From sequence record OY101132.1: DNA of 32,000 nt; one strand, 5' to 3'. Positions 1 to 8,433 of the stretch are shown piece by piece. How positions within the stretch are numbered: position 1 is the first letter of the stretch; the number at the start of each line of letters is the position of its first letter. Under the pieces are notes generated by a model. That model was not told where the DNA came from, searched no databases, and was given only the letters and a program-made list of their open reading frames with translations. Made by a program: the position numbers and the translations under genes.

Positions 1-306
1 GGAATAAAGCAAAGTAAACGATGGTGAAGCTAAATTTAATAGTGTTAAAGCAGGTAATGAAGTCCAAACAATCTCTAAAGCATTAGAGTGAAAAAAGCTT
101 TGACTTTTTTGTGTGTTAAATTCGTCAAAATTAGAAATTGTTGCAAATAATAACCAAGCTACTAACATTACAATAACTGTAATAATAAATAATAAATGTT
201 TATTAAATTCTAGTAATCCTTCCATAGTAGTTGTTGATGGATCTTGTAAACGAAGTTGTGCGAACTCGGGAGCATCGCAAAAAAAAAAAATTTTTTCTGT
301 ACTCAT
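1..306 (-). CDS. cox2: cytochrome c oxidase subunit 2, 5' part (CDS continues past the window start)
   Basis: Absent from the ORF track because it runs off the window. The reverse complement from ATG (cat at 304-306) translates MSTEKIFFFCDAPEFAQLRLQDPSTTTMEGLLEFNKHLLFIITVIVMLVAWLLF...HSNALEIVWTSLPALTLLNLASPSFTLLYS. This matches the conserved COX2 N-terminus (DAPxxxQLxxQDPxTxxMEG, EIxWTxxPA, PSFxLLYS). Confidence 0.9.
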   Translation of the reverse strand, partial: MSTEKIFFFCDAPEFAQLRLQDPSTTTMEGLLEFNKHLLFIITVIVMLVAWLLFATISNFDEFNTQKSQSFFHSNALEIVWTSLPALTLLNLASPSFTLLYS

Positions 307-316
307 ATTATTTTCA

Positions 317-1576
317 TTACTTTGATTTTGTTAAAAAAAACGCAGTGACAATTATTAAAACTAAGCTTCTATAATCTAAAATATGCCCAAATACAACCCA
401 AAGTTCTCTAAAACATAACATTAAAGCTAAAGTAGCTAATATTACAAGAGTATAGTGATATAAAGAACCAGTTTGCGCTTTATGTAATTGATGAGCTGTT
501 TTTAAAGCAACTGAAGAAAGACCTGTAGGTCCAATGATTTCAAATGTACCCCGATCAATATTCTTATAACTCATTGAATAACCGAATTTGAAGAAAAACT
601 GACCAAAACATTCATTATAAATTTTATCAAAAAACCATTTTTTGTTCAAAAAAGTATAAATCTTTCTTCCTAGAACTGAAGTTTTAAGAGAAAATAAAAT
701 AGAACTTTGAAAATTGTACAAAAAGAATGACAAACTAGCACCTGATAAACTTAAAGTAACTGGTAAAATTTTATAGAAAAATTCTACAAACTCTGCATCA
801 AATACATGAAGAGTCTTAGGATTATTATAAATAGCGTTACCAAAAAAATCACTTCCTACACCAACAATCATATCTTTTGTATAAAAGCCTACAAAAATAC
901 TTGGAATAGTTAAAAAGCATAATGCTACAAAAATATTACTAAAAGTTTCTTTAGCAAAACCAATAACAGGTTTGTAACCATTTGGTTTAACCAAGAAAGT
1001 TAAACAAACTAATCGTGTAGAGTAAAATGCTGTTAAAAAAGCACCAACGGTACCTAAAAAATAACTAAAATGACTGAACGAAGTAAACTTTCCATAAGAT
1101 AATTCTAAAATCATATCTTTTGAATAAAACCCTGCTAAAAACGGAAAACCTATTAACGCTAATGAACCAATTGTCATTACTGAATATGTAAATGGAACAA
1201 AGTTTTTTAAACCTCCCATTTTTCGCATGTCTTGCTCATCATTTACTGCATGAATCACTGCACCGGCACCCAAAAACAACAATGCTTTAAAAAATGCATG
1301 ATTTGCTAAATGGAAAATCCCAACAGCGTAGTCGGAAAGTCCACAAGAAAAAACCATATACCCTAACTGACTACAAGTTGAATAAGCAATTACTCGTTTC
1401 AAATCATTCTGTAACAACCCGACACTAGAAGCAAAAAAAGCTGTACCAGCACCTAAAATTGTAATAAATTCTAAAATGTGAGGAGCATGCTCATAAATAA
1501 ATGATGTTCTAGCAATTAAAAAAACTCCAGCAGTTACCATTGTTGCTGCATGAATAAGAGCTGATACAGGAGTTGG
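317..1576 (-). CDS. nad5: NADH dehydrogenase subunit 5, exon 2 (includes TAA stop at 317-319)
   Basis: ORF 317..1579 begins (M)PTPVSALIHAATMVTAGVFLIAR. This is the conserved ND5 block that directly follows ...LPDAMEG, the end of the upstream exon. Confidence 0.93.
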   Translation of the reverse strand, partial: PTPVSALIHAATMVTAGVFLIARTSFIYEHAPHILEFITILGAGTAFFASSVGLLQNDLKRVIAYSTCSQLGYMVFSCGLSDYAVGIFHLANHAFFKALLFLGAGAVIHAVNDEQDMRKMGGLKNFVPFTYSVMTIGSLALIGFPFLAGFYSKDMILELSYGKFTSFSHFSYFLGTVGAFLTAFYSTRLVCLTFLVKPNGYKPVIGFAKETFSNIFVALCFLTIPSIFVGFYTKDMIVGVGSDFFGNAIYNNPKTLHVFDAEFVEFFYKILPVTLSLSGASLSFFLYNFQSSILFSLKTSVLGRKIYTFLNKKWFFDKIYNECFGQFFFKFGYSMSYKNIDRGTFEIIGPTGLSSVALKTAHQLHKAQTGSLYHYTLVILATLALMLCFRELWVVFGHILDYRSLVLIIVTAFFLTKSK

Positions 1577-2176
1577 CATTTGTGTTGGTATTTTCTCTTA
1601 AGAAAATACACGCAACTATTCTCATAGCTGAGCGGACTATATCTTCATTAGACTTATTTATTGATTTTAGCAATTAAATTTTTGATTTTAAAGGATAAAT
1701 GGTAAAATAACAAATAACTTTAGAAAGCTTTAAAAGATTAACAGTCATATTGTAACCTTCATAACTTTTTAAATAGGATATTTTACCACCAAGTAACTTG
1801 GCAATTTCTGTAAGTAATTCGAGCTCGCCTTTTTGAGATAAAATATATCTAACTTGAACTTGCTTACGGTCTTCTATTGTTTTTCTTGTTCTGTTAAGCA
1901 CACTACAAGTAAAACATCCTTCAGCATCCGTAAAACCAATAAACCAATTTCTAAAAGTTGAATCAAAATTTAACTTATGCGTAATATCACTATTGTCTAA
2001 TGTTCCACGTGTAGTCTCTGAGGATCCTACTTTATCATCATTTAAAGATGATATTTGGTTTCCTGCGGATTGTCTTACTGTTGAGATTTTTCCGAGCAAG
2101 TATTTTACTTGAGTGGACTCAACAATTTCAAGATGTTCCCGCATATAGTGGAATTTACCGAGAGCCCAAAACCTTA
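1577..2176 (-). mobile_element. group I intron in nad5 (about 600 nt)
   Basis: It interrupts the invariant ND5 motif LPDAMEG|PTPVSALIHA. The 5' exon ends in U (a2177 on the plus strand) and the intron ends in G (c1577 on the plus strand). It carries the ...cagcaggaaacc...ggatcctcagagactacacg core motif shared with the cox1 group I introns, and a LAGLIDADG ORF. Confidence 0.8.
1674..2144 (-). CDS. LAGLIDADG-family intron ORF with a single motif, probably truncated
   Basis: One LAGLIDADG motif (FIGFTDAEGCF), preceded by SAGNQ...GSSETTR as in the cox1 intron ORFs. The track ORF starts at 2201, inside nad5 exon 1 in another frame. The first in-intron ATG is at 2144 (MREHLEIV...). The ORF stops after YPLKSKI with no second motif. 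Confidence 0.7.
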   Translation of the reverse strand: MREHLEIVESTQVKYLLGKISTVRQSAGNQISSLNDDKVGSSETTRGTLDNSDITHKLNFDSTFRNWFIGFTDAEGCFTCSVLNRTRKTIEDRKQVQVRYILSQKGELELLTEIAKLLGGKISYLKSYEGYNMTVNLLKLSKVICYFTIYPLKSKI

Positions 2177-2923
2177 ACCCTCCATAGCGTCGGGTAACCA
2201 TGTATGCAACCCTAATTGAGCAGATTTACCAACTGCTCCAAAAAATATAAATATACAAACCAAAGATAAAATATTAAAATCCATATTTAAAAAGTTAATA
2301 GTTTCTGATTTAAAAAATGGAGCTAAAACTGCTACTGTAGCATAGTCAACAGATTTAAAATTCACAAATAAAATTAATATACCAATAATTAAACTAAAAT
2401 CGCCAATACGATTAATAATCATAGCTTTAATAGCAGCTTTATTAGCTTGAACTCTTGTAAACCAAAAATTTATCAACAAATAAGAACATAAACCAACACC
2501 CTCCCAACCTAGAAACATTTGAATAAAATTATCAGCTGTCACTAAAATTAACATGAAAAAAGTAAATAACGATAAATAAGACATAAATCTTGGTAAATGA
2601 GGATCGTGTGCCATATACTCTATTGAATATAGATGTACTAAAGACGAAACAAAAGTAACTACTATACACATAACTACTGTTAAACTATCAAATAAAAATC
2701 CCCAGTTAATTAATAAAACTTCAGAACTAACCCAAGTTGATAGTCGAATATAAACAGGACTTCCCATAAATCCTACTTCATAAAATGCGAAAAGAGATAA
2801 AAAAAATGAAATTACTAAACAGCTTGTTGTAATTATTGCTGAACCTTTTGGTCCTACTGCTCTACCGAATAATCCAGTTATACAAAACCCTGCAAGGGGC
2901 AAAAAAATTAGTGGAATATACAT
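2177..2923 (-). CDS. nad5: NADH dehydrogenase subunit 5, exon 1
   Basis: ORF 2174..2923 reads [13 protein letters not shown]...[18 protein letters not shown], a typical ND5 N-terminal half. The ATG is at 2921-2923 (cat). Exons 1 and 2 total 2007 nt (668 codons plus stop) and are in frame. Confidence 0.93.
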
Positions 2924-2983
2924 TTTAAAAAAAGGTTATTTTAGCCTTTTAATTCATTTAATATGTGTTCTAATTAAAAAACT

Positions 2984-3057
2984 CACATCTTAAGGGATTT
3001 GAACCCCTGACCGGCAGCTTAGAAGGCTGTTGCTCTATCCAACTGAGCTAAAGATGC
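2984..3057 (-). tRNA. trnR(ucu): tRNA-Arg (anticodon UCU)
   Basis: Reverse complement: GCATCTT TA GCTC AGTTGGATA GAGC A ACAGC CTTCTAA GCTGC CGGTC AGGGG TTCAAAT CCCTT AAGATGT G. This is a full cloverleaf with anticodon TCT. Confidence 0.9.
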
Positions 3058-3081
3058 AATAAAATTTTTAAACTATTATAG

Positions 3082-3570
3082 TTATAAAGTATTTGGTTTA
3101 CGTAAAAATAGTTTTCTTAAGCACAATTCTCCGTAACAATCAAATAATTGAATGTATTTTTTTTGAAAAGATAATTTTTTAAAAGTTTTAAGATTACTTT
3201 GTTCTAAAACAACATTATCTGGATCTGTTAGTTTTAAAAAAATTTTGTTTTTTTTATCCGAATTAAATAACCCTTTGACTTCTAATTTTAAACTTGGAAA
3301 ACTTAAACTTTTAATCTTTTTTATTATCAAAAAAAATGTTAAAGGTTTAAACGAATCTATTAGAAACTCTTTACTATAATATCTAAATTCAAATTGCTCT
3401 TGAGCAGTTTTATTAACATGAGGGGATTTTAAAATGGTAATAAATTTTCGCTTTTTTTGCTTTGAAAAATGCTTTAAGACAGCTGGCGAAATGCTTAATC
3501 TTTGTAAAAATTGAAGAAATTTTTCTAAGACGTGATTATCTTTAGAAGATACTTTAAAATGAAGAAACAT
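3082..3570 (-). CDS. rps10: ribosomal protein S10
   Basis: The 162-aa ORF contains ITILKSPHVNKTAQEQFEFRYYSK, matching the conserved S10 motif (L.SPHV.KKS.EQFE.R). The C-terminus is Lys-rich and poorly conserved. Confidence 0.75.
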   Translation of the reverse strand: MFLHFKVSSKDNHVLEKFLQFLQRLSISPAVLKHFSKQKKRKFITILKSPHVNKTAQEQFEFRYYSKEFLIDSFKPLTFFLIIKKIKSLSFPSLKLEVKGLFNSDKKNKIFLKLTDPDNVVLEQSNLKTFKKLSFQKKYIQLFDCYGELCLRKLFLRKPNTL

Positions 3571-3587
3571 TATTATTATTTAAAAAA

Positions 3588-3676
3588 CAGAAGAAGTGGG
3601 ATTTGAACCCACGATACAGAAAATTCTATATAAAGATTTAGCAGATCTTCGCTTTAAACCACTCAGCCATTCTTCT
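3588..3676 (-). tRNA. trnS(gcu): tRNA-Ser (anticodon GCU), long variable arm
   Basis: Reverse complement: AGAAGAA TG GCTGAGTGGTTTAAAGCG AAGAT CTGCTAA ATCTT tatatagaattttctgtatc GTGGG TTCAAAT CCCAC TTCTTCT G. It has a class II variable arm and anticodon GCT. Confidence 0.9.
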
Positions 3677-3715
3677 TTTTTATAAAGTTATTTAAAATTT
3701 AACCCAAAAACTTAA

Positions 3716-5719
3716 TTAAGCTAATAACGTTGCTTTATAAAATAATAGATAAACAATCATTGGATCAACACACAAAACAATTAATGATATAGCTAAAATA
3801 GAAATCAAAAGTGCTTTTTGAGTAGTAATAGGCATATATAGCTTTCCAACTAAAGTATTCTCAAAATATAAAATTTTTATTAATCGAATATAATAAAAAG
3901 TAGAAATTACACTAAAAAGGATACTTAAAACAGCTACTAAATACGCAGAAGACTTTACTACAACTAAAAAAATTCCAATTTTTGCTAAAAACCCTACAAT
4001 TGGAGGAATCCCAGCTATAGAGAACAGAGTTATAGCTAAAATTAAAGCTAACATAGGATTAGATTGATTTAGAAGTACTAAATCGCCCAGCTCTTTATTT
4101 GATTTACTAAAGTAAAAGCTTCTTTTTTGACGTAAAAATAAATAAACTGACCAAAAGGCTAACCCCGATACCATGTAGATTACTAAATAGTAAAACATCA
4201 TTTGCATTCCTTCTAAATTTCCAGTACTAAAGGATAACATTAAATAACCTGTATGACTAATTGAACTATAAGCTAAAAGTGTTTTCAATTTTCGTTGTTC
4301 TAGTCCTCCCAATGAACCAACGAAAACACTTAAAACCGCTAATAAGAAAAAATACATTTGAAAATTTTCAATGAAAATTTGATAAAAACTAACGTAGCAT
4401 AATCTCATTAATAAAACAAACAAAGCCATTTTAGGGACTACAGCGAAAAAAAAGGTTGTTGAATTAGGAGAACCTTCATAAACATCTAACGACCAAAAAT
4501 GAAAAGGAGCAATAGATAATTTAATAAATAAACTTACACAAATTAGAATAAAACCGATAGAAACTAAACTTGTATTTAACATTGATAAATCACTCACTGT
4601 ACCAATAGCTTCTACATTAATATAAGAAGCAAAAATATGTTTTAATAACAATAATTTTTCACTTAACTCACTTGCATCAGAGATTAACAAACTAGCCCAT
4701 ACGTTATTGCGAGAAAAAGACTGGAATTCGGCTATCAAAAAATCTGCACTAAACTGAGTTAAAAACCAAGAGTCTTTAATTGAAGTTGAAATAGTAAACC
4801 AATCAGCTAAAGAGGCAGAAATCACAAAAGTAGAAGCAGAAATAGATGAAATATTATCGAATTTATTCGTATTACACCAATCGATTAAACTATCTCTGCT
4901 ATCCATAGCAATACTTTGTACTGGGGCTGAATCTGATCCTGCAAAAGAAATTCCAATAAGTCCAAAAAGAGACTTGTCATATGCTAGATCATAACTTCCA
5001 AGCGCAAGTTCATGGTGAGAGCAACTATTTAATACACTTGAAACAACAAGAGGAGATGCTTGAATATCGGAAGCAAATAATAACGAAAAAAACATTTGAA
5101 GATCATCAAAACTTAAACTTCCCATACAACCATAGATAATCGAAGACCCAAACAAAAATAACGCAGAGGATAAAGCTCCGATAATAAAATATTTTAAACC
5201 ACTTTCAATTGAATAACTAGATTTTCTTTTGAAAGCAGACATAATATAAAAAGCAATACTGTGCAATTCAATAGCAAGATACGCAGTGATTAAATCGTTA
5301 GCTGAACATAATAGCAATAAACCTAAAATTGAAATAATAATTAAAACAACATACTCGAAGTTATTTTGAATAGGTTCATCTCTAAATGATACGTTAACTA
5401 TTATTAAAAATAAAATAGAGGTTAAACAAATAACAAATTTTGAAGCAAAACCAAAGTAATCATTGATAATGAAATTATTACTAGTAAACGAATTCATAAC
5501 TAGCAAATCTTCATTTAAAATAAGAAAAGCTGATAAGATAATTAACAAAGTACCAATATAGTAAACTTGTGCATTTAAAATAACAAATCCAGCTTTACGT
5601 TGATAAGCTGTACTAATTGCATAGAAAGTAAATTGAAGAATAGAGCAGCTTAAAAAAAGTTCCGCTGAAAGAGACATTTCTTTTAAGTGATATATTTGAA
5701 ATAATTCTGAAGACATCAT
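3716..5719 (-). CDS. nad2: NADH dehydrogenase subunit 2, unusually long (667 aa) with an internal in-frame insertion
   Basis: ND2 blocks are present: ...NDLITAYLAIELHSIAFYIM..., GSSIIYGCMGS, FIKLSIAPFHFWSLDVYEGSP, LLAYSSISHTGYL. The ATG is at 5717-5719. Confidence 0.9.
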   Translation of the reverse strand: MMSSELFQIYHLKEMSLSAELFLSCSILQFTFYAISTAYQRKAGFVILNAQVYYIGTLLIILSAFLILNEDLLVMNSFTSNNFIINDYFGFASKFVICLTSILFLIIVNVSFRDEPIQNNFEYVVLIIISILGLLLLCSANDLITAYLAIELHSIAFYIMSAFKRKSSYSIESGLKYFIIGALSSALFLFGSSIIYGCMGSLSFDDLQMFFSLLFASDIQASPLVVSSVLNSCSHHELALGSYDLAYDKSLFGLIGISFAGSDSAPVQSIAMDSRDSLIDWCNTNKFDNISSISASTFVISASLADWFTISTSIKDSWFLTQFSADFLIAEFQSFSRNNVWASLLISDASELSEKLLLLKHIFASYINVEAIGTVSDLSMLNTSLVSIGFILICVSLFIKLSIAPFHFWSLDVYEGSPNSTTFFFAVVPKMALFVLLMRLCYVSFYQIFIENFQMYFFLLAVLSVFVGSLGGLEQRKLKTLLAYSSISHTGYLMLSFSTGNLEGMQMMFYYLVIYMVSGLAFWSVYLFLRQKRSFYFSKSNKELGDLVLLNQSNPMLALILAITLFSIAGIPPIVGFLAKIGIFLVVVKSSAYLVAVLSILFSVISTFYYIRLIKILYFENTLVGKLYMPITTQKALLISILAISLIVLCVDPMIVYLLFYKATLLA

Positions 5720-5722
5720 ATT

Positions 5723-5788
5723 TGTTAAGAATGGGATTTGAACCCATTTTGATCCCCAAAAGATTGATTTTTATAATCTTAGCTTAAC
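5723..5788 (-). tRNA. degenerate tRNA-like element, possibly tRNA-Gln (UUG) or a pseudo-tRNA
   Basis: Reverse complement: GTTAAGC TA ...ATT ATAAA AAT CAATC TTTTGGG GATCA AAA ATGGG TTCAAAT CCCAT TCTTAAC A. The T arm and 6/7 acceptor pairs are good. It is only 66 nt, the D arm has 3 bp, and the anticodon stem has 3 pairs plus two A/C mismatches. The candidate anticodon is TTG. Confidence 0.35.
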
Positions 5789-5817
5789 AATTTTATTTTT
5801 AAATTATAGAAACAAAA

Positions 5818-7071
5818 TTAGTTAACTTTATAGTTTACTAACTTTGTTTCTATAACTCCAATAAGTGGAACTAAAAATAAAAAGAACGAAAAGTAATAAA
5901 CTGATGCAAATTGACCTAATGCAATAAACGGATCTGTAATAGGCGCCTGACCTACCCACATTAGAGTAAGAAAATCAGCTACTAATAACCAATAGAAAAT
6001 TTTAAATAAAGGTCGATAAGTAGTATTTCTAATATAACCGGTGTAAGTATATGGAATTAAAAGCATAACTAAAATCGCACCAACCATTGCAACAATACCC
6101 GCAGCTTTGTGAGGAATTGATCTTAAAATTGCGTAAAATGGTAAAAAATACCACTCAGGTACTAGATGCTTTGGAGTCTCCATAGGGTCCGCAGGGATGC
6201 AATTATCTGGGTGATTCAGCAAGTTAGGAAAGAAAAATACGAAAACACCGAAAAATAGAACAAAGCAAGTAAAAGCAAATAAATCCTTTGCAAAATAATA
6301 AGGATAAAAAGGTACATCATCTACTCCAGTATCGCTACCAATTGGACTATTAGAACCATCTTTATGTAATAAAGCTAAATGAACTAATGTTAACCCTGCA
6401 ATAATAAATGGTAGTAAAAAATGAACACTATAAAATCGTCTTAATGTAGGTGCATTAACAGTAAAACCACCCCATAACCATTCAACTATTGTTTGACCTC
6501 CGAACGGAATAGCAGTTACCATGTTAGTAATAACTGTCGCTCCCCAGAAACTCATTTGACCCCACGGCAGAACATAACCAGTAAAAGCAGTTCCCATAAT
6601 TAGTAAGAATAAAACTACTCCTGAACACCATAGTAATTGTCGAGGTTTCATATACGATCCGTAATAAAGTCCTCTGAAAATATGCGAGTACACAACGATG
6701 AAGAACATAGAAGCTCCATTTGCATGCACATATCGAATAAACCAACCATTTGGAACGTCTCGCATAATATACTCTACACTCGCAAATGCTAAATCGATAT
6801 TAGCTGTATAATGTGTAGATAAAAGAATTCCAGAAATAATCTGAATTACTAGACACATTCCAGCTAAAGATCCAAAACTCCATGCATAAGTTAAACCAAT
6901 AGGAGTAGGATAGTGAATTAAATGCGAATCAACAAAACCTAAAAGATAGGTTTTGTTCCATCGAAATTTATTTAAAGATACATTTCGAGCTCGTGTTCGT
7001 GTTGCCAATGCAGTTTGTTTTACAATTTCATTCATACCTAAATCATTTTTTTTTAAAAGGTTAGTAACCAT
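5818..7071 (-). CDS. cob: apocytochrome b
   Basis: The 417-aa ORF carries HLIHYPTPIGLTYAWSFGSLAG, RYVHANGASMFF, WGATVITN and PEWYFLPFYAILRSIP. ATG at 7069-7071. A shorter start at MNEIVKQ... is also possible. Confidence 0.95.
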   Translation of the reverse strand: MVTNLLKKNDLGMNEIVKQTALATRTRARNVSLNKFRWNKTYLLGFVDSHLIHYPTPIGLTYAWSFGSLAGMCLVIQIISGILLSTHYTANIDLAFASVEYIMRDVPNGWFIRYVHANGASMFFIVVYSHIFRGLYYGSYMKPRQLLWCSGVVLFLLIMGTAFTGYVLPWGQMSFWGATVITNMVTAIPFGGQTIVEWLWGGFTVNAPTLRRFYSVHFLLPFIIAGLTLVHLALLHKDGSNSPIGSDTGVDDVPFYPYYFAKDLFAFTCFVLFFGVFVFFFPNLLNHPDNCIPADPMETPKHLVPEWYFLPFYAILRSIPHKAAGIVAMVGAILVMLLIPYTYTGYIRNTTYRPLFKIFYWLLVADFLTLMWVGQAPITDPFIALGQFASVYYFSFFLFLVPLIGVIETKLVNYKVN

Positions 7072-7099
7072 TTGATTTTTAATTTGAGAACTTAAAAAA

Positions 7100-7960
7100 T
7101 TACATTAATGAAGTAATTGGTACATTATAAGGCTCTAAATTACCCCACCAGTAAATATTAATAAATAAAAATAACCACACAACATCCACAAAATGCCAAT
7201 ACCAAATAGCTGATTCAAATCCAAAATGGTGTGTATTTGTTGCATGATTGAATACAATTCGAGCAAATGATACAAGTAACGCAACAGTACCAACAAAAAC
7301 GTGAAAACCGTGGAAACCTGTAGCCAGGTAAAAACAAGATCCGTAAATTCCATCACTAATATTAAAAGGAGCCGAAACATACTCTAATCCTTGAAAATAA
7401 GTAAATAAAGTAGCTAATGCCAAAGTATAAATCAACGAAATAATGGTATGTCTTTTAGCATTTAAAATAATTGCGTGATGAGCCCATGTTACTGTAGCAC
7501 CTGAACTTAATAAAATAAAAGTGTTGGTTAACGGAATTGTGTAGGTATTCATAGTAAGAATCGAATGAGGTGGCCATGATGATCCGATATTATAAACAGG
7601 AGCTAAACTAGAATGAAAGAAAGCCCAAAAAAAAGCAAAGAAAAACATAATTTCAGAAACGATAAATAAAATCATACCTAACCGTAAACCTCGTTGCACT
7701 ACAAAAGTATGGTGCTCTTCATAAGTAGCTTCTCTAACAATATCTCGCCACCAAACAAACATAACGAAAAGTATTAAAATAAAACCATTTACGAATAAAC
7801 CCCAACCTCCGATCATTTTATGCATATACAGAACACCACCTGTAGTGAACATAAAAGCACCTAAAGATGCTGCTAAGGGCCAAGGACTAGGATCTACTAA
7901 ATGAAACTGATGAGTTGTGTTTAAATATTTAAAATCAAATTTATTCTTTAAAGTGCTCAT
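7100..7960 (-). CDS. cox3: cytochrome c oxidase subunit 3
   Basis: Contains HQFHLVDPSPWPL, ...FFWAFFHSSL..., YWHFVDVVWLFLF. The track ORF extends to 8026 but would overlap nad3. The internal ATG at 7958-7960 (MSTLKNKF...) leaves a 19-nt spacer and a normal-length N-terminus. Confidence 0.9.
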   Translation of the reverse strand: MSTLKNKFDFKYLNTTHQFHLVDPSPWPLAASLGAFMFTTGGVLYMHKMIGGWGLFVNGFILILFVMFVWWRDIVREATYEEHHTFVVQRGLRLGMILFIVSEIMFFFAFFWAFFHSSLAPVYNIGSSWPPHSILTMNTYTIPLTNTFILLSSGATVTWAHHAIILNAKRHTIISLIYTLALATLFTYFQGLEYVSAPFNISDGIYGSCFYLATGFHGFHVFVGTVALLVSFARIVFNHATNTHHFGFESAIWYWHFVDVVWLFLFINIYWWGNLEPYNVPITSLM

Positions 7961-7979
7961 AGCATTATTTATTATTATA

Positions 7980-8417
7980 CTAACTCCACTCGATCGCACC
8001 GACAGACCAAGCGTAGATAAAACCAATACCTAATTCAACTAAAAATTCAATCATTGACCAAAATCCTAAAAGATTTAACTGAGAAATCGAAATACACCAT
8101 GGTGCTAAAAAAATAATCTCAATATCAAATAAAATAAATAAAATTGCGATAATATAAAAGCGTACATTAAATTGACTTCGAGTATCGCCATAGGCTTCAA
8201 ACCCACATTCGTAAGTTGAAAGTTTTTCAGTCTCAGGACTTTGAGTAACTAGAAAATAAGATAAAACTACAATTAAAAGGGCTAAAAATATTGCAAAACA
8301 AAGATAAACAAAAATGCCTAAGTATTCTTCTCTTATCGAAGAGCTATTTAATGAATTGAACTGTTCTAAATATTCATTAGAATTTAAAAAGTTTTTTATA
8401 AAAAAATTAATATCCAT
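7980..8417 (-). CDS. nad3: NADH dehydrogenase subunit 3
   Basis: The 145-aa ORF contains LSTYECGFEAYGDTRSQFNVRFYIIAILFILFDIEIIFLAPW, the ND3 signature. Confidence 0.92.
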   Translation of the reverse strand: MDINFFIKNFLNSNEYLEQFNSLNSSSIREEYLGIFVYLCFAIFLALLIVVLSYFLVTQSPETEKLSTYECGFEAYGDTRSQFNVRFYIIAILFILFDIEIIFLAPWCISISQLNLLGFWSMIEFLVELGIGFIYAWSVGAIEWS

Positions 8418-8433
8418 AAAATTTTTGTGGTAA

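Noticed and set aside
113-325. A 70-aa plus-strand ORF.
   Set aside because: It is antisense to the clearly conserved cox2 N-terminus, has low-complexity sequence and shows no recognisable motif.
6524-6745. A 73-aa minus-strand ORF inside cob, and an 81-aa ORF at 7135-7380 inside cox3.
   Set aside because: These are alternative frames of strongly conserved genes and show no motifs. They are frame artefacts.
7961-8026. An N-terminal extension of the cox3 ORF (MVLSTLGLSVRSSGVSIIINNA).
   Set aside because: It would overlap the 3' end of nad3 by 47 nt and is not conserved-looking. The internal ATG at 7960 gives a normal COX3 N-terminus.
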